Positions 62,832-64,000 of a stretch of DNA of 64,000 bases are shown here, piece after piece; position 1 is the first letter of the stretch; each line of letters begins with the position of its first letter. The notes beneath the pieces were generated by a model, which was not told the origin of the DNA, did not search any database, and worked only from the letters and a program-made list of their open reading frames with translations. The DNA lies in NCBI GenBank assembly GCA_963804085.1, contig CAWDOQ010000019.1:224001-288000 (forward strand). Reading direction: 5' to 3'. This DNA is from Chlamydiia bacterium. GTDB lineage: Bacteria > Chlamydiota > Chlamydiia > Chlamydiales > Rhabdochlamydiaceae. A program made the translations under genes and the position numbers.

Positions 62832-63887
62832 TCAGTCCTCATCCTCAAGGCGGTTGTGGGCGCGTTCAATAGCCTTAAGCAATTTTTCGCGAAGAACTGC
62901 TTTGGATGGCAGGGCGGTGAGGTATTCAGCGACGTGGATGCCAGAAAGCCCTAATTCAAGCAGTTCTATCTGCTCTTGATTTTTTCCTGCGCAGAGGATG
63001 AGACCCATTGGAGCCTCTTCTCCAGGTCGGCGTTCGTGCTTATTTAGCCATCGAAGATATAGCTCCATTTGTCCTTTGTGCGCGGGTTCGAAGTCTCCAA
63101 GTTTCAGCTCAATAACTACGAGCCTCTTCAAATCTCGATGGAAAAAGAGGAGGTCTATTCTGAAATCTATATCGTCCACAACGATGCGCTTTTGGCGAGC
63201 GACGAAGGTGAAGCCGGTGCCGAGTTCGAGGAGGAATTGCTCGAGTTCTCTCATGATGGCGTCTTCAAGCCCCTTTTCAAAATAACGGTCATTGAGGTTT
63301 AAGAACTCGAGGAAATAGGGGTCGCGGAAGACAAGATCTGGCGTCAGGCGATCTTCTTTGCGGAGAAGGTCTATTTCTGCTTCCACGAGTGCCTCTGGTT
63401 TTTTGGAAAGAGCAGTGCGCTCATAGAGCATGGATTGAATTTTTTTCTGGAGGGTCCGGTAATTCCACCGTTCAATGCGGCACATCTCGGTGTAAAAATC
63501 TCTTTTGATAGGGTCCTTAATGGGCAGAAGGATCGTAAAATGGGTCCAGCTCAATTGTCGCAGCAATGCTGCGAGAATCTGTTCATCAGGAAAAAGGTCT
63601 GCGAATTGTAGCATGCGATGTAAGCTTTTTTCGGAGAATCCTTTGCCATATTCCGACGTGAGTTGTCTTGATACTGAGGCGATGACTGCCAGTCCATATT
63701 CAGCTCGGGCTTCTTTTAAAATTTCTTTATCAATCCTCTTTCCTATTTGCCAGTAAAGCATTGTAAGACTTGCATTCACAGTAGAGGCGACAGTTTGCCG
63801 GGTCTTGTCGATCATTTGTCGCAAGTCTGAGATAAGTTGGGGGGCGGTTAGGGTTGTTGTGCTAGAATCTTGAGATTGAACGGCCAT
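62832..63887 (-). CDS. YhcG/DUF1016 family PD-(D/E)XK nuclease
   Basis: YWQIG, LSW.HF, FY...C....W, RDPY.LEFL, LLELG.GF.FVARQ.R, IDLLF.HR, IELK, GQM..YL. Confidence 0.92.
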   Translation of the reverse strand: MAVQSQDSSTTTLTAPQLISDLRQMIDKTRQTVASTVNASLTMLYWQIGKRIDKEILKEARAEYGLAVIASVSRQLTSEYGKGFSEKSLHRMLQFADLFPDEQILAALLRQLSWTHFTILLPIKDPIKRDFYTEMCRIERWNYRTLQKKIQSMLYERTALSKKPEALVEAEIDLLRKEDRLTPDLVFRDPYFLEFLNLNDRYFEKGLEDAIMRELEQFLLELGTGFTFVARQKRIVVDDIDFRIDLLFFHRDLKRLVVIELKLGDFEPAHKGQMELYLRWLNKHERRPGEEAPMGLILCAGKNQEQIELLELGLSGIHVAEYLTALPSKAVLREKLLKAIERAHNRLEDED

Positions 63888-64000
63888 GAATTAACTCCTT
63901 CCAGAATTTGGTCTGAAATTTGGGTTACGCGCAAAAATAACTTTTCAAACTAAATTTTAGCAAGTGGATTGTGGCAAGACTGGCGTGAGTTAAACCTGAA

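Noticed and set aside
1..64000. CRISPR array, rRNA, intact transposase or integrase
   Set aside because: No regularly spaced repeat-spacer units and no such genes recognised; the short-period repeats lack unique spacers.

Overview
Bacterial chromosomal window, most likely from an environmental member of the Chlamydiota. Support for that placement: a stand-alone SWIB protein, a DUF648-type N-terminus, an UhpC-like hexose-phosphate transporter and several F-box/LRR/WD40-like effector-type genes. All family calls come from motif recognition by eye; no searches were run. Core and metabolic content: two Dus paralogs, a DEAD-box helicase, a squalene/phytoene synthase, a desaturase, a beta-carbonic anhydrase, cyoABCD, an ackA-xfp-H+ATPase-SPFH-uhpC-glgP block, and a cfa-like + FAD-reductase pair resembling the 10-methyl fatty-acid operon tmsBA/tmpBA. 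Accessory content: a six-copy mosaic paralog array (19.2-23.8 kb); a defence-like region (DUF3800, AbiE pair and a metallophosphoesterase between duplicated dienelactone-hydrolase-like genes); and tandem islands bounded by two 45-bp tRNA(CAT) 3' fragments. The most unusual signal is non-coding: several families of intergenic palindromic elements. One family occurs twice with a perfect 41-bp stem, four fully compensated substitutions, and a central loop flipped relative to the outer arms. There is also a ~720-bp giant inverted repeat and a MITE with a 9-bp target duplication. Many single-base frameshifts in conserved genes look like consensus or sequencing errors, so pseudogene calls are provisional.
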